Positions 1 to 10,008 are shown, numbered from the stretch's first letter. The stretch: DNA of 64,000 bases from Candidatus Obscuribacteraceae bacterium (GCA_044226015.1 JBGAHS010000002.1:64001-128000), one strand, 5' to 3'. The notes: a model not told the origin generated them from the sequence alone. Made by a program: numbers and translations.

Positions 1-174
1 AAACCAGCACTGTCATGGCAGGTTGCCTGGCTCAGTCAGAGAAAAATCTTCTATAGCTCTGACAAAGCTATTGCTGAACTGGGCTTGAACCAAACGCCAT
101 TCATCGAAACGTTACGAAGAACTGCGCCATACTACCTGGGACAAAATTCCCAAGTACTTAGCACAGCACATTGA
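1..174 (+). CDS. C-terminal fragment of an ORF running off the left edge; probably NAD-dependent epimerase/dehydratase (extended SDR)
   Basis: Frame 1 is open from base 1 to TGA at 172-174 (KPALSWQVAWLSQRKIFYSSDKAIAELGLNQTPFIETLRRT...); YSSDKAxxELG..TPF resembles the tail of extended SDR epimerases. Confidence 0.5.
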   Translation, partial: KPALSWQVAWLSQRKIFYSSDKAIAELGLNQTPFIETLRRTAPYYLGQNSQVLSTAH

Positions 175-201
175 ACAGGAAGGCAAACAACAGGAACTAA
201 C

Positions 202-1107
202 ATGCATAAATTGCTACAACATTTATTTCTTGTTGCCAGCTTACTCATCATCGCTGCAACTCCAGGTCTGGCACAAAACAAGGCCACGGAATTGTCGGTG
301 GGACCAAACGCCAAACTAAAAACCCGTTTTAGCGTGCCGTTAAATTTGCCAACCCTGTTCAACTACAAAACACGGGCCGAAATTCTAGCGATGCGGAAAA
401 GGGAAATCGACAAGATTCCAGGACTTTTGAAATCACCTTATGAGCCTTACACACCAATATGGAGTGCAATTGAAGACGGCAAACCCTGGTGGGGATTAGC
501 CGGTGCTGGCATCTTCGACTCTGGAAAAAGGAGCATGACCGGCCCAGCGGAAGAATCACGCTTCGTCATGAATCCCTATCTATTGGTTGCGGCAAACCCA
601 GGAGCTGGTGGTATTTGGAACCCCGCAGCATTTACGCCCAAGGAAATGAATGACCCGGCTTTTCCATTTTTCTGGCTGCCAGAATCATTGGAAATTGATC
701 CGACGCGCCCACTTGGAGTAGTGAAATACGACATTACAAAATGGCACCAGGACTGCATCGCAACCGGAAAACTCCGAGGAAGAGTTTCCATAAAGCGCTT
801 CAGCCTCGTTGCTTATAACGCCAGAGATTTTGGCTACAACTATATTTACTTCAACCCTGAAAAATCCATCAACGTAATCAATGACATACCTACTCACGAT
901 GCGGCTTTCATAAAACAGTTCATTCACTGCGGTGGCACATGTGGATGCCCAACGTCATGTTGCAACAACATGAGTCCATTCATGGATGAAATCGATCGAC
1001 TCAGAATTACACGCCTGCCAGCAAGAGCTGTTGTCTATTTATGGAAAGAGAGTCCAGCTGATGTGCAAAAATCGCCCGACATGGTTTTCCTGATCGAGTT
1101 CCACTAA
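202..1107 (+). CDS. Exported hypothetical protein with Cys-rich motif
   Basis: 301 aa; signal peptide (..TPGLA/Q); motif HCGGTCGCPTSCCNNMSP. Confidence 0.8.
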   Translation: MHKLLQHLFLVASLLIIAATPGLAQNKATELSVGPNAKLKTRFSVPLNLPTLFNYKTRAEILAMRKREIDKIPGLLKSPYEPYTPIWSAIEDGKPWWGLAGAGIFDSGKRSMTGPAEESRFVMNPYLLVAANPGAGGIWNPAAFTPKEMNDPAFPFFWLPESLEIDPTRPLGVVKYDITKWHQDCIATGKLRGRVSIKRFSLVAYNARDFGYNYIYFNPEKSINVINDIPTHDAAFIKQFIHCGGTCGCPTSCCNNMSPFMDEIDRLRITRLPARAVVYLWKESPADVQKSPDMVFLIEFH

Positions 1108-1262
1108 GATGACACCAAATATGGTGCGCTATCATTCGGTTCGCTTACGCCGATAATTAGTTACGAATAGTTCTTTGCAATCATTAAAGCTTAGCTGGAA
1201 GTTTTGGCGCATATAGCCAACAGGTGAGACAATAGATATTCGGGGATATGCAGGCATGATGC

Positions 1263-2462
1263 ATGTTTTGCAAAGGCAAGCTGAAAAGTCATCAATATAT
1301 TAGAAGAGCTGAAGCAAGCTCTTTTCTTAGCGCCTTCTTGGCGATAGCGCTTGTATTGCAGGTGGTTTCGCTGCCAATGGCGTTAGCTGCCGACAAAGCG
1401 GGTAGTTCGCCCCTGGATACAGCCAGCGCTTCAGTCGACGGTACTGAGCCTGACAAGTCGATGCTGGGCGAAATACCAGCAACAGATTCCCCAAAAGCAA
1501 AAGACGGCATGGTCGAGCAATCCGGCGACAGCAGTCCTGACTCCCCAAATTCTGCAACAAGCTCATCAGGCGACTCTGAATCATCTGCAAAAGCAGATGC
1601 GAGAAAGAAAAAGAAGAAAGTAGAGTTCGCAGACGTTCTTCCGACTCTCACCTGGATTGACCCAGATGTCGAACCTAAGGCTATCCTTCTCTGCGTACAC
1701 GGGCTAGGGCTGCATAACGATGCCTATGATGCATTCGGCAAAACTATGGCCAAACATGGCTACCTGGTCTATGCGGTGGATGTGCCGGGCTTCGGCAGCT
1801 TCAAAGCTGCAGAGGGTCGCGAGAGAATCGATTTCGACTACTGCCTCCGTGGAATTGAGCACACCTTACATTTCGTTCACAAAGTAAACCCTAAGATGCC
1901 CGTCTTCATTCTTGGCGAATCGATGGGTGGCGCTATTGCATTACGGGTGACTTCACAGCATCCAGAGTTGGTTGCAGGACTGGTAAGCTCCGTTCCATCA
2001 GGAGACAGATTTAATCAAGGCAAAGAAACTTTCAGAGTCGGGCTAAAACTGCTCACAGCTCCGAACAAGGAGTTTGACATTGGATCGAGCGTAATCAGCA
2101 GAGCCACGAGCAAAGACGACCTCAAAGAGCGCTGGGAAAAAGATCCCTTAAATAGGATGGCGCTTACACCGAAGGAACTCGTAAGGTTTCAAGATTTCAT
2201 GAATGAGAATCATGAAAGTGCTAAAAGCATTACCAATACACCAGTTTTGTTTGTTCAAGGCTGCAAGGATACTCTTGTCCGCCCGGAAGGCACAATGGAG
2301 CTCTACAACCAAATTTCCAGTCCAGATAGAGAGCTGGAATTAATTCATGATGGCGAGCACCTAATTTTCGAAGAGAATCAGTTTAATGATGAGGTGATCA
2401 AGAAACTAGATAAATGGCTAACTAGCCATCTCACCACAAGCAAACAACTAGGCAGCAAATAA
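1263..2462 (+). CDS. Alpha/beta hydrolase, lysophospholipase/monoglyceride lipase family, exported
   Basis: HGLG oxyanion motif, DVPGFG, GESMGG nucleophile elbow, QGCKD acid, GEHL His; signal-like N-terminus and Ser-rich linker. Confidence 0.9.
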   Translation: MFCKGKLKSHQYIRRAEASSFLSAFLAIALVLQVVSLPMALAADKAGSSPLDTASASVDGTEPDKSMLGEIPATDSPKAKDGMVEQSGDSSPDSPNSATSSSGDSESSAKADARKKKKKVEFADVLPTLTWIDPDVEPKAILLCVHGLGLHNDAYDAFGKTMAKHGYLVYAVDVPGFGSFKAAEGRERIDFDYCLRGIEHTLHFVHKVNPKMPVFILGESMGGAIALRVTSQHPELVAGLVSSVPSGDRFNQGKETFRVGLKLLTAPNKEFDIGSSVISRATSKDDLKERWEKDPLNRMALTPKELVRFQDFMNENHESAKSITNTPVLFVQGCKDTLVRPEGTMELYNQISSPDRELELIHDGEHLIFEENQFNDEVIKKLDKWLTSHLTTSKQLGSK

Positions 2463-2488
2463 AAGAGAAGAAACTCAAGGGGAGTAAA

Positions 2489-3247
2489 ATGAATTCCGAA
2501 AAACAGATGAAGCTCAAACGTGTGCTGGGAGCGTTGATTCTAACAGCCACTATTGGTGGGCCTCTCGCGTCGATTGCTGCTCCAGCTCCTACAACTCCGA
2601 TGACATTGGGCAAGGCAGCGCTGGTTCAGAAAAATTATGCAAAAGCAGTGACAATATACGAGCAGGCAGCGAAAACCGACCAATACAAAAACAGCTGCGA
2701 ATGCCGTCTTGGACTGGGCAAATCGCTATGCTTGTTGGGCACAGCACAAAAGGGTGAGCTTCAATCAGCCACCTACAAGAAGGCTGCAAAAGAATTGCGC
2801 ACCGCCATTAGACTTGGCAGAGGCGGCGCTAATTCGCTTGAAGCCAACAAGATTTTGCTTACACAGCTTCCAAAATCAGCAACTGCTCCAAAAATGGGCG
2901 CTGACACTCCGATGATCGCAATGGCGCACGGAATCAGAGGTAGAGACCGCGGAACAGGCGAGGCCAAGCCAAAAATTCTTGAGTTCACTGCTAAATGGTG
3001 TGAGCCATGCAAACAGTTGAAACCTATCATCGATAAGGCTAAAGCTGATTACGGCGATAAAGTCGAATTCATTACTTACGATATTGATGATCCGAAATCG
3101 GAAAAAATCATCGAAGATTACGAAGTAAGCCCAATTCCAACCCTCATTTTCCTTGATGGAAGCAACCAGGTGATAACTTACTCGGTTGGATATTCTGGAG
3201 AAAACGGATTGAAGGCTGGCATCAAGAAGATTGTGCCGCAATCTTAG
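2489..3247 (+). CDS. Exported TPR + thioredoxin-domain protein
   Basis: Signal peptide, TPR-like helices, C-terminal thioredoxin with WCEPC and the IPT cis-Pro motif. Confidence 0.88.
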   Translation: MNSEKQMKLKRVLGALILTATIGGPLASIAAPAPTTPMTLGKAALVQKNYAKAVTIYEQAAKTDQYKNSCECRLGLGKSLCLLGTAQKGELQSATYKKAAKELRTAIRLGRGGANSLEANKILLTQLPKSATAPKMGADTPMIAMAHGIRGRDRGTGEAKPKILEFTAKWCEPCKQLKPIIDKAKADYGDKVEFITYDIDDPKSEKIIEDYEVSPIPTLIFLDGSNQVITYSVGYSGENGLKAGIKKIVPQS

Positions 3248-3271
3248 TCCGAAACTAAAGACTCGATCCCG

Positions 3272-3306
3272 AAGCGAGAGCGCGAGCTCTCGCTTTTGCC
3301 CTTTTT
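3272..3306 (+). terminator. Rho-independent terminator
   Basis: AAGCGAGAGC-GCGA-GCTCTCGCTT: perfect 10-bp stem with GNRA loop followed by a T-rich tract, 25 nt after the stop codon. Confidence 0.8.
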
Positions 3307-3378
3307 GAAGCGGAACTAATTCACAGATCTTGGCTTGTGATAAGCTTTGACCATTGTTTATTGTGCAGGTGACTATTA

Positions 3379-4383
3379 ATGCTGAACCAACGCCAAAACG
3401 CATTAGCATTGCTGATTTCATTTTTGTGTGCGACACCTTCGGCATGGTCGACTCCAGCGTTTGAACTCCCACCATGTCCAACGGAAGACAACAAAGAGAC
3501 TAAAAAGTTACCGGTAGTAAATTTTGAATCCGATCAACGACAAGAAACAACACCAGCTCTTGAGAAAACAGAAACAAAAGACAAGCGCTCTAACGCGCCA
3601 CTTAGCACACTGGATAAAGCGGCAAAAGCAAATTTGATGCCACTAGCTTTAATACCATCAAAAAACGAGGCTGAAAAAGCAGAACAGATTTCACTCGAAC
3701 GACACAAAGAACAACTAAAGAACCTGTGGTCCGCCACTATTGAGCAGTCACCTGACATACAATTTGTGATTTCAGCTCTTCAACCAAATAGCAACGCGAA
3801 ACACGCCACAGCGGCGGCAATGAATCTTGTAGGCAGTACCTTGTTCAATGTCGGCGGAGCCTTGGCGCCAAATGGACCAGCGAAGATTGGCGTAAACATG
3901 GTTGGACCAGGATTAATCAAGAAGCTGTTCAGCGAAAACAGTACAGCACAAGTTTCAGTCGGAGAGACACTCGTTTTATACAAAATGGTTCGCGATATCG
4001 CTGATAACCTTGTTGATTCTTATTGGAATTATCGAAGAGCTCTGGCCGAGCGAGATACTGCGCAGGTCGACCTCGACGACTTAAAAAGACTAGAAGAGCA
4101 ATTGATGGAAGGCTCCAGCAATTTAGAAATCAGCAAATATGAGTACCTGTTACATAAGGCTGAGAGAGAGCTTCGCTCTAAATCCGAAGCATTGGCAATA
4201 TACCAACAACATCTTGCTGATTTGTGCGGAGTAGAGGCCCTAGCAAAACTAAATACAGAGATTATCGAAGAGAAGCAAACATTGGTAGAACTCATCGGAA
4301 GACCGGACATCAAAGAGCCTTTGTCTGCACCGAAATCAGAATCAGCGTTTACTATAGATGCAAATCTGAGGAAGAAGAATTAG
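3379..4383 (+). CDS. Exported helical/coiled-coil hypothetical protein
   Basis: 334 aa, signal peptide (..PSAWS), long amphipathic helices in the C-terminal half. Confidence 0.75.
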   Translation: MLNQRQNALALLISFLCATPSAWSTPAFELPPCPTEDNKETKKLPVVNFESDQRQETTPALEKTETKDKRSNAPLSTLDKAAKANLMPLALIPSKNEAEKAEQISLERHKEQLKNLWSATIEQSPDIQFVISALQPNSNAKHATAAAMNLVGSTLFNVGGALAPNGPAKIGVNMVGPGLIKKLFSENSTAQVSVGETLVLYKMVRDIADNLVDSYWNYRRALAERDTAQVDLDDLKRLEEQLMEGSSNLEISKYEYLLHKAERELRSKSEALAIYQQHLADLCGVEALAKLNTEIIEEKQTLVELIGRPDIKEPLSAPKSESAFTIDANLRKKN

Positions 4384-4801
4384 GCGAACGCTCTATAAAA
4401 GAAATGGAAAAGCCCGAAGGCGTTTTCCGATTTTCAGATTGTGCCCAAAACTCCTGCCCATTCTTTCGCCGCTGCCAACCTGCAGTTGCATATGACCCTC
4501 TGGTTGAGGCAGCGAGCAACTCATAAACAGCTCGACCATGCTTGAGGTCGTCAGCGCAATACACCAGAGCGATGTGTTTTCCGATGGCCTCTCCTGGCTC
4601 ATATCCAAAAATGCGCTCAGCGCCCTGCGTCCACACCGTTATGAACCCGCATTCGTCACATTCCAGGTTAGCCAACTCAGCGGCTCCAGCGCGAACAAAT
4701 TCTGTTGTCCGACGCTTCGAATCGGCAGTGCATGGAGCCAGCGCGGCAAGACGATCACGGTCGGTCTTGTGCTCACCACTGCGGTTATATGGCAATTTCA
4801 T
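4352..4801 (-). CDS. Stand-alone PAS domain protein
   Basis: WTQGAERIFGYEPGEAIGKHI...GWQRRKNGQEFWA, the PAS S-box/PAC signature; no kinase domain attached. Confidence 0.8.
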   Translation of the reverse strand: MKLPYNRSGEHKTDRDRLAALAPCTADSKRRTTEFVRAGAAELANLECDECGFITVWTQGAERIFGYEPGEAIGKHIALVYCADDLKHGRAVYELLAASTRGSYATAGWQRRKNGQEFWAQSENRKTPSGFSISFIERSPNSSSSDLHL

Positions 4802-4933
4802 TGGGCTGATACCTTACGCCAAAACTAACTTATTATGCTGACGAACTATCTACAAAACATCCTATATATTTAGGTTGAAGAATCTGTGAAGAACAAACAT
4901 TTTTGTTTACATTGCAATTTAATCTTCGATTTT

Positions 4934-4961
4934 TGAACTATCTCAAGCAAAAAGACGTCTA
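4934..4961 (+). promoter_or_regulatory. Putative ECF-sigma promoter (copy 1)
   Basis: TGAACT-N16-CGTCTA, same architecture as the motif upstream of the ECF sigma gene at 54245. Confidence 0.6.
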
Positions 4962-5143
4962 TTAAGTATTCGACGCAGAAAAACCTTGAGATTTATCACC
5001 GACTGACCAGGCGGAGGCAGACCTTTGCCCTGCGCCAGCTACTTTTGCGCCAGGGTCAAAAAAAGTTCAGATACAAGCTAAAAGATACCAAGCAAAGCCC
5101 CTTTGCTGGCACCGTATTCAGTACCACCGGAGATTCAGCTCTG

Positions 5144-5995
5144 ATGCGCAAACTCATTACTTTTTGTGTTGTAACCCTATTGCTGAGTCTTGTAGCTTTA
5201 ATGCTCGATCATTCCATGAATTCACTTAGCACCTGGATAAAGCCCGCTAAATTTGCTCTATCCATTTTGCTCTACGCAGTCAGCCTCCAATTCATCCAGC
5301 GATTCATAAACAGCCAACACGCCATTCTTCCAACCGTAGTTCAAGCAAGCCTTGTAGGTGGATTTATTGAACTCATCAGTACGCTTACTCAATCTGTTTT
5401 GATAAGCAGTGGACTCTCAAACCAAGTGAGCGATGGCATACTTTTGATTGTCGGGCGACTCGCAATAATGCCACTGGCTTTGCTTGATCTTCTGATGCTG
5501 GTCCTTCTTATGAAAGAAGAGAATCTGCCCCCGTTGCTCGGAAGTGCATTGAAGTGGGGGCTTGTCTTAACTGCAGTTGGCTTCATACCCGGACTTCTTC
5601 TGATCGCGCCGGAACCAGTACAAGCGTGCTTGTCGAGCAACACATTTTGCTCAGGCGGAAATCTGCGAATTGCTCATTTCACAGGTATACATGCACTCCA
5701 AGTTCTTCCATTGCTGGCTATCTATTTAGAGCGCTTTGACGGCAAGTTGTCACAGAACGAGCAGCTAAACATTTTGAGAATATCTGGGTTTTCTTACTTT
5801 GCTCTGATTCAAATTTTGACCTGGCAGGCGTTGTGTGATGAGATGGTTCTTTTCCCAGGAACCCAAACAAAGCAAATTTTTGAAATCTGGTTGCTCGCCA
5901 CTTCCGTTGCTATCAGCTCAAGCATCTTGTGGTCAAAGCTTTTGAGCCGTTGTTGGAAACAAGTCACTAATGAAGGTTCGTGCTACATAGGTTAA
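5144..5995 (+). CDS. Multi-pass membrane hypothetical protein
   Basis: Likely ATG at 5144 with GGAG upstream (ORF track starts at TTG 5045); several TM segments; motifs WIKPAKFALS and GGNLRIAHFTGIHALQ. Confidence 0.75.
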   Translation: MRKLITFCVVTLLLSLVALMLDHSMNSLSTWIKPAKFALSILLYAVSLQFIQRFINSQHAILPTVVQASLVGGFIELISTLTQSVLISSGLSNQVSDGILLIVGRLAIMPLALLDLLMLVLLMKEENLPPLLGSALKWGLVLTAVGFIPGLLLIAPEPVQACLSSNTFCSGGNLRIAHFTGIHALQVLPLLAIYLERFDGKLSQNEQLNILRISGFSYFALIQILTWQALCDEMVLFPGTQTKQIFEIWLLATSVAISSSILWSKLLSRCWKQVTNEGSCYIG

Positions 5996-6014
5996 ACTAT
6001 CACCTGAATACGAG

Positions 6015-7202
6015 GTGACAGAAATGAAATGGGCAACTTCATTAGCCCGAAATTCGTCTTTGGAGAAAGCTTTCACAAGCGCAGCTGAAGAAATCAAAGA
6101 GGCTCTTGGCTCTGCCCCTGACCTCCTTATTTGTTTCATTTCACCAAGCTTCAAAAACAATTACAGCGATGTGACAGAACTCGCAAAAAATTGTCTATCA
6201 CCGCAGCATTTTATTGCTTGCACAGCAGGCGGAATTATTGGTGGTGGGCTGGAACTAGAGAGAGAACCAGCCATTGCGCTCGCCGCCGCATTGCTTCCCG
6301 ATGTAAAGGTCACAACTTTCCATATAGACGATAAAGACATGCCAGATGGCGATGCGCCTCAAACCGCATGGGAGAAGCTGGTATCCGTTACATTCCGAGA
6401 CAGCCCGCATTTTGTTCTCCTGCCTGATCCTTTTTCTTTTCGCATCGATGTCTTAGCGGAAGGGCTAGACTTCGCGTTTCCGGGCTCGGTGAAAATCGGT
6501 GGGCTTGCCAGTGGCGCACACCAACCCAACCAAAATGCATTGTTTCTGAATGAGAAAATGTACCGAACGGGTGCCGTCGGCATCGCGCTTTCCGGCAACA
6601 TCGAAGTCGACAGCATCGTCGCGCAGGGCTGCCGCCCGGTGGGTCCAACGTTTCGCGTCACTGAGTGTCAAAATAATGTACTGCTAGAACTAGACGGACA
6701 ACCCGCCGTGAATGCGCTTTACAGCGTGCTGGAAAAAATGAGTGAAAAGGATCAGAAACTGGCAAAGTACTCGCTTTTCCTTGGTGTTGTAATGGATGAG
6801 TTCAAAGATAGTTTCCAGCATGGAGACTTTCTCATTAGAAATATCTTGGGATTAGAGCCGAATTCCGGGGCGTTGATTGTTGGCGAATTGTTGCGAAACG
6901 AACGAACAGTCCAGTTCCATTTGAGAGATGCAGAGACCTCTTCCGACGATTTGAGTAAAATGCTCAAAAGATACAAAGAGACTCAGCCGGCGCCGCCAGA
7001 AGGCGCACTGCTCTTTTCCTGCCTGGGTAGAGGTGAGCACCTATACGGCATACCAAATCATGATAGTGATATGTTCACCGAATCCATTGGCGAAATCCCG
7101 CTGGCGGGCTTCTTCTGCAACGGCGAGATAGGTCCTGTGGGCGGAACGACGTTCCTGCACGGGTATACTTCATCCTTTGCAATTTTTAGACCTCGAAGCT
7201 GA
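6015..7202 (+). CDS. FIST N + FIST C domain signal-transduction protein
   Basis: ACTAGGIIG, KIGGLASG, VAQGCRPVG, FSCLGRG, GFFCNGEIGPVGGTTFLHGYT. Confidence 0.92.
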   Translation: MTEMKWATSLARNSSLEKAFTSAAEEIKEALGSAPDLLICFISPSFKNNYSDVTELAKNCLSPQHFIACTAGGIIGGGLELEREPAIALAAALLPDVKVTTFHIDDKDMPDGDAPQTAWEKLVSVTFRDSPHFVLLPDPFSFRIDVLAEGLDFAFPGSVKIGGLASGAHQPNQNALFLNEKMYRTGAVGIALSGNIEVDSIVAQGCRPVGPTFRVTECQNNVLLELDGQPAVNALYSVLEKMSEKDQKLAKYSLFLGVVMDEFKDSFQHGDFLIRNILGLEPNSGALIVGELLRNERTVQFHLRDAETSSDDLSKMLKRYKETQPAPPEGALLFSCLGRGEHLYGIPNHDSDMFTESIGEIPLAGFFCNGEIGPVGGTTFLHGYTSSFAIFRPRS

Positions 7203-7262
7203 AGGCTACTTGTCTTTTGTCATGCTAAACTTAGCTCAGCCGCGCTTACTCGGGGGTTAAGA

Positions 7263-7799
7263 GTGATATTCACTAAACATACTGCCACGTTTTTAATGGC
7301 AATCTCGTTTCTGTACGCAAATTCAGCTTCGGCAGCTCCAGCAAAACCAGCAGCAAAGAAGGCTACACCTGCTGCAAAATCTGCCGCCCCGAAAGCAGGG
7401 GCAGGGTCAGCATCAGGCGCTCCCAGCGCAGCTCTCAATTCGTATGCGGACCAGATGCGCAATAAGATGGGCGGAAAATGGGATTATCCCAGCGGCAACA
7501 ACAGCGTCACGTTAGTCGTTAAAGTGTCGCAAGATGGCAGCGTGTCAGACCTCTCATTGAGCAGCTCACCGAAAAATACAGAAGCAGAACAAAAGGCAAA
7601 TGATGCTTTCAATTCGGCTCAACCTCTTCAACCGCTTCCGGGCGGCACGGCGTCAGCAGTCATAACTTGTAAGTTTGACTCTCAAGCAGACCAGTGGAAT
7701 TCGAAAGCCAATATTGCTGTTCGAATTGACCCACAAAAAGCAGCAGAACCAGCTGCCACCACAGACGGTGGCAGCACTCCGTCAACCCCAACTCCGTAA
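7263..7799 (+). CDS. TonB/TolA C-terminal domain protein
   Basis: Signal peptide, Ala/Lys/Pro linker, YADQMRNKMGGKW..VKVSQDGSV..SS..AQPLQPLP pattern of TonB_2/TolA C-domains. Confidence 0.7.
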   Translation: MIFTKHTATFLMAISFLYANSASAAPAKPAAKKATPAAKSAAPKAGAGSASGAPSAALNSYADQMRNKMGGKWDYPSGNNSVTLVVKVSQDGSVSDLSLSSSPKNTEAEQKANDAFNSAQPLQPLPGGTASAVITCKFDSQADQWNSKANIAVRIDPQKAAEPAATTDGGSTPSTPTP

Positions 7800-7810
7800 G
7801 AACACCGAAA

Positions 7811-9346
7811 TTGAAACAAGCAACAATGTCACCATTCTGGGCAACCGAAAAAATCAGAAAAACTCAATACGCCGGCTCCTGGTACGAAAAAAATCCGGAC
7901 AAACTAAAATCGGAGCTAGACCAGTACATTGAGTCAGCAAAGACCACTCCGGATGAAAGCAGCGCGGAGTTGCTAAAGACCAATAGCGAACCAATAACCG
8001 ACGATTTGCTTGCAATCATTGTGCCTCACGCAGGATATATGTTCTCTGGTGCGACAGCTGCCTTCGCTTATAAGTCAGCCACTAAACGAGAAATCAAACG
8101 AGTTTTCTTACTCGGTCCATCACATCACATCGGGTTTCGCGGAGCAGCAGTGCCTGATGCTGAAGTGTTCGCGACACCACTGGGAGATCTGAAGGTCGAC
8201 ACTGAACTGGTTAATGAGCTGAAGACATACCCAATGTTTTCCACTCAGCCTGAGGTTCACCGCGTTGAACACTCACTAGAATTGCAATTGCCATTCATCA
8301 GACATTGTTTTGAAGGCGCAAAAATTGTACCCATCGTAATCGGTCAACTCAATGGAGAAGCAGACTCCAGACTCATCGGTGAAGTCCTAAAGCGCTTCAT
8401 TAAGAAGGACGACTTAGTCGTAGTAAGTTCTGATTTTACACATTATGGACCACGCTATGGCTATACCCCGTTCGGGCTCAATGAAGATGTGCCAACACGT
8501 GTCAGCGACATGGACGGCATCGCCTTCCGCCTTCTGAGCGACCTGGATCTTGAAGGCTTTGTCGATTTTCTCGACCGCACGGGTGACACCATATGTGGTA
8601 TGTATCCCTGCCAGGTTTTGTTGACCATGTTGCCGACAGCAACCCACGGTACCTTACTTAAGTATGCAACATCCAGAGACTCGCACGTCGAAGACGAAAG
8701 CAATTCAGTCAGCTATCTGGCAATTGCATTTTCTGGAGCGGAATGGGCATCAGAAGGTGAATCTGAAAACAGCACACCTCAATTTAGTGATGCTGAAAGA
8801 GAGAATCTTCTCAAACTGGCGAAGGGCACCATCAGCACATTCGTCAAAGAGAAGCGCTGCCCTACGCCAGTTGAACTCGGCGTAGACCTCACACCCAACA
8901 TGAAATCTTGCCGAGGAGTTTTCGTAACTCTCAACAAGGCTGCTCTTGATGGAGGCGAACACAAGCGTTTGAGAGGTTGCATAGGAAGCATTTATCCAAC
9001 GCGCGCCCTTCATAAAGCAGTTCAAGAAAATGCTATTGCAGCATGTTCAAGAGACCCAAGATTTGGACCGGTGTCCGTTAGAGAACTCGATGAATTGATG
9101 ATTGACGTCAATGTTCTGACTCCGCCGAGAAGAATCGCCGATTACAATGACATTGTTATTGGACGAGATGGTGTCATCTTGAGCAAGGGCGACTATCAGG
9201 CAGTCTTTTTGCCGCAAGTTGCAGTCGAATGGGGCTGGACGCTTGAACAAATGCTTACTGAACTGGCACTCAAAGCTGGGCTTGGACGTGACGATTGGCG
9301 CTCAGGTTGCCACTTCGATGTGTTCCAATCAGAAGAGATTCACTAA
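7811..9346 (+). CDS. amrB: AmmeMemoRadiSam protein B (MEMO1)-protein A (AMMECR1) fusion
   Basis: MEMO motifs AGSWY, PHAGYMFSG, GPSHH, EHSLELQLPF, SSDFTHYG, TICG; AMMECR1 motifs GVFVTL, LRGCIG, DPRF, FLPQV, KAGL. Confidence 0.93.
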   Translation: MKQATMSPFWATEKIRKTQYAGSWYEKNPDKLKSELDQYIESAKTTPDESSAELLKTNSEPITDDLLAIIVPHAGYMFSGATAAFAYKSATKREIKRVFLLGPSHHIGFRGAAVPDAEVFATPLGDLKVDTELVNELKTYPMFSTQPEVHRVEHSLELQLPFIRHCFEGAKIVPIVIGQLNGEADSRLIGEVLKRFIKKDDLVVVSSDFTHYGPRYGYTPFGLNEDVPTRVSDMDGIAFRLLSDLDLEGFVDFLDRTGDTICGMYPCQVLLTMLPTATHGTLLKYATSRDSHVEDESNSVSYLAIAFSGAEWASEGESENSTPQFSDAERENLLKLAKGTISTFVKEKRCPTPVELGVDLTPNMKSCRGVFVTLNKAALDGGEHKRLRGCIGSIYPTRALHKAVQENAIAACSRDPRFGPVSVRELDELMIDVNVLTPPRRIADYNDIVIGRDGVILSKGDYQAVFLPQVAVEWGWTLEQMLTELALKAGLGRDDWRSGCHFDVFQSEEIH

Positions 9347-9480
9347 GCTCTCGAACCACAGGTGTTTCAACCTTTGAACGAAGGCTTAGAGCAAAACAGA
9401 AAGCGCATATCCTGCGCGCCCCGCTTGGCGCATGTAATTGCACGTGTCATTCGGCGTTAACAAAACGGCAAAGTTGCTAG

Positions 9481-10008
9481 CTAAATCATGTGGATAGCAA
9501 TTTGCTCAAGAACAATTTGCAGGAACATGAACATCAGAAAATAGAGGCTGATTTCCTGTTTTACAAATCGATTCAGCTCGTTCTCAATACTCGGAATAGC
9601 TTTATTCATTTCTTCAGCTGATAGCATTGAGCTAGATACGATTACACGAGGGTTGTAGCGCAACAAGCCATAGCTGAAGGTTTCTTCGTTAGAATCAACA
9701 ACCGCAAGCTTTATCTTTGATACAGAAAGCTTCTGGCATTGTTGGTCAAGGTAAGCTTTTAATTCAGGGTTATCCTTTGCGACATCTTCGATTTGAATGA
9801 ACCTTGCTTTCAGATACTTTTGCTCACTCCAATCGAGCACCAGCGGTAGTATCAACGCAAATAGCACATTCCAGGAAACAGGCATTAGCATCGCGGCATT
9901 TGGACCAATTTCGCCTGACTTCAGCAAGCAAACAGCCAGCGCAGTAAGAAGAATGCCAATTCCGCAGCTTGTGAGCAGATATATTCGCAGAATCTTTGAC
10001 GGCTTCAT
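9481..10008 (-). CDS. Membrane protein with degenerate M48/M56-like peptidase fold
   Basis: Two N-terminal TM helices, PELKAYL..KLAVVDS..FSYG..RVIVSSSML pattern, but ENELNR where HExxH is expected. Confidence 0.55.
   Translation of the reverse strand: MKPSKILRIYLLTSCGIGILLTALAVCLLKSGEIGPNAAMLMPVSWNVLFALILPLVLDWSEQKYLKARFIQIEDVAKDNPELKAYLDQQCQKLSVSKIKLAVVDSNEETFSYGLLRYNPRVIVSSSMLSAEEMNKAIPSIENELNRFVKQEISLYFLMFMFLQIVLEQIAIHMI

Noticed and set aside
2876..3481. 201-aa minus-strand ORF
   Set aside because: Antisense to two well-supported genes and spans a terminator
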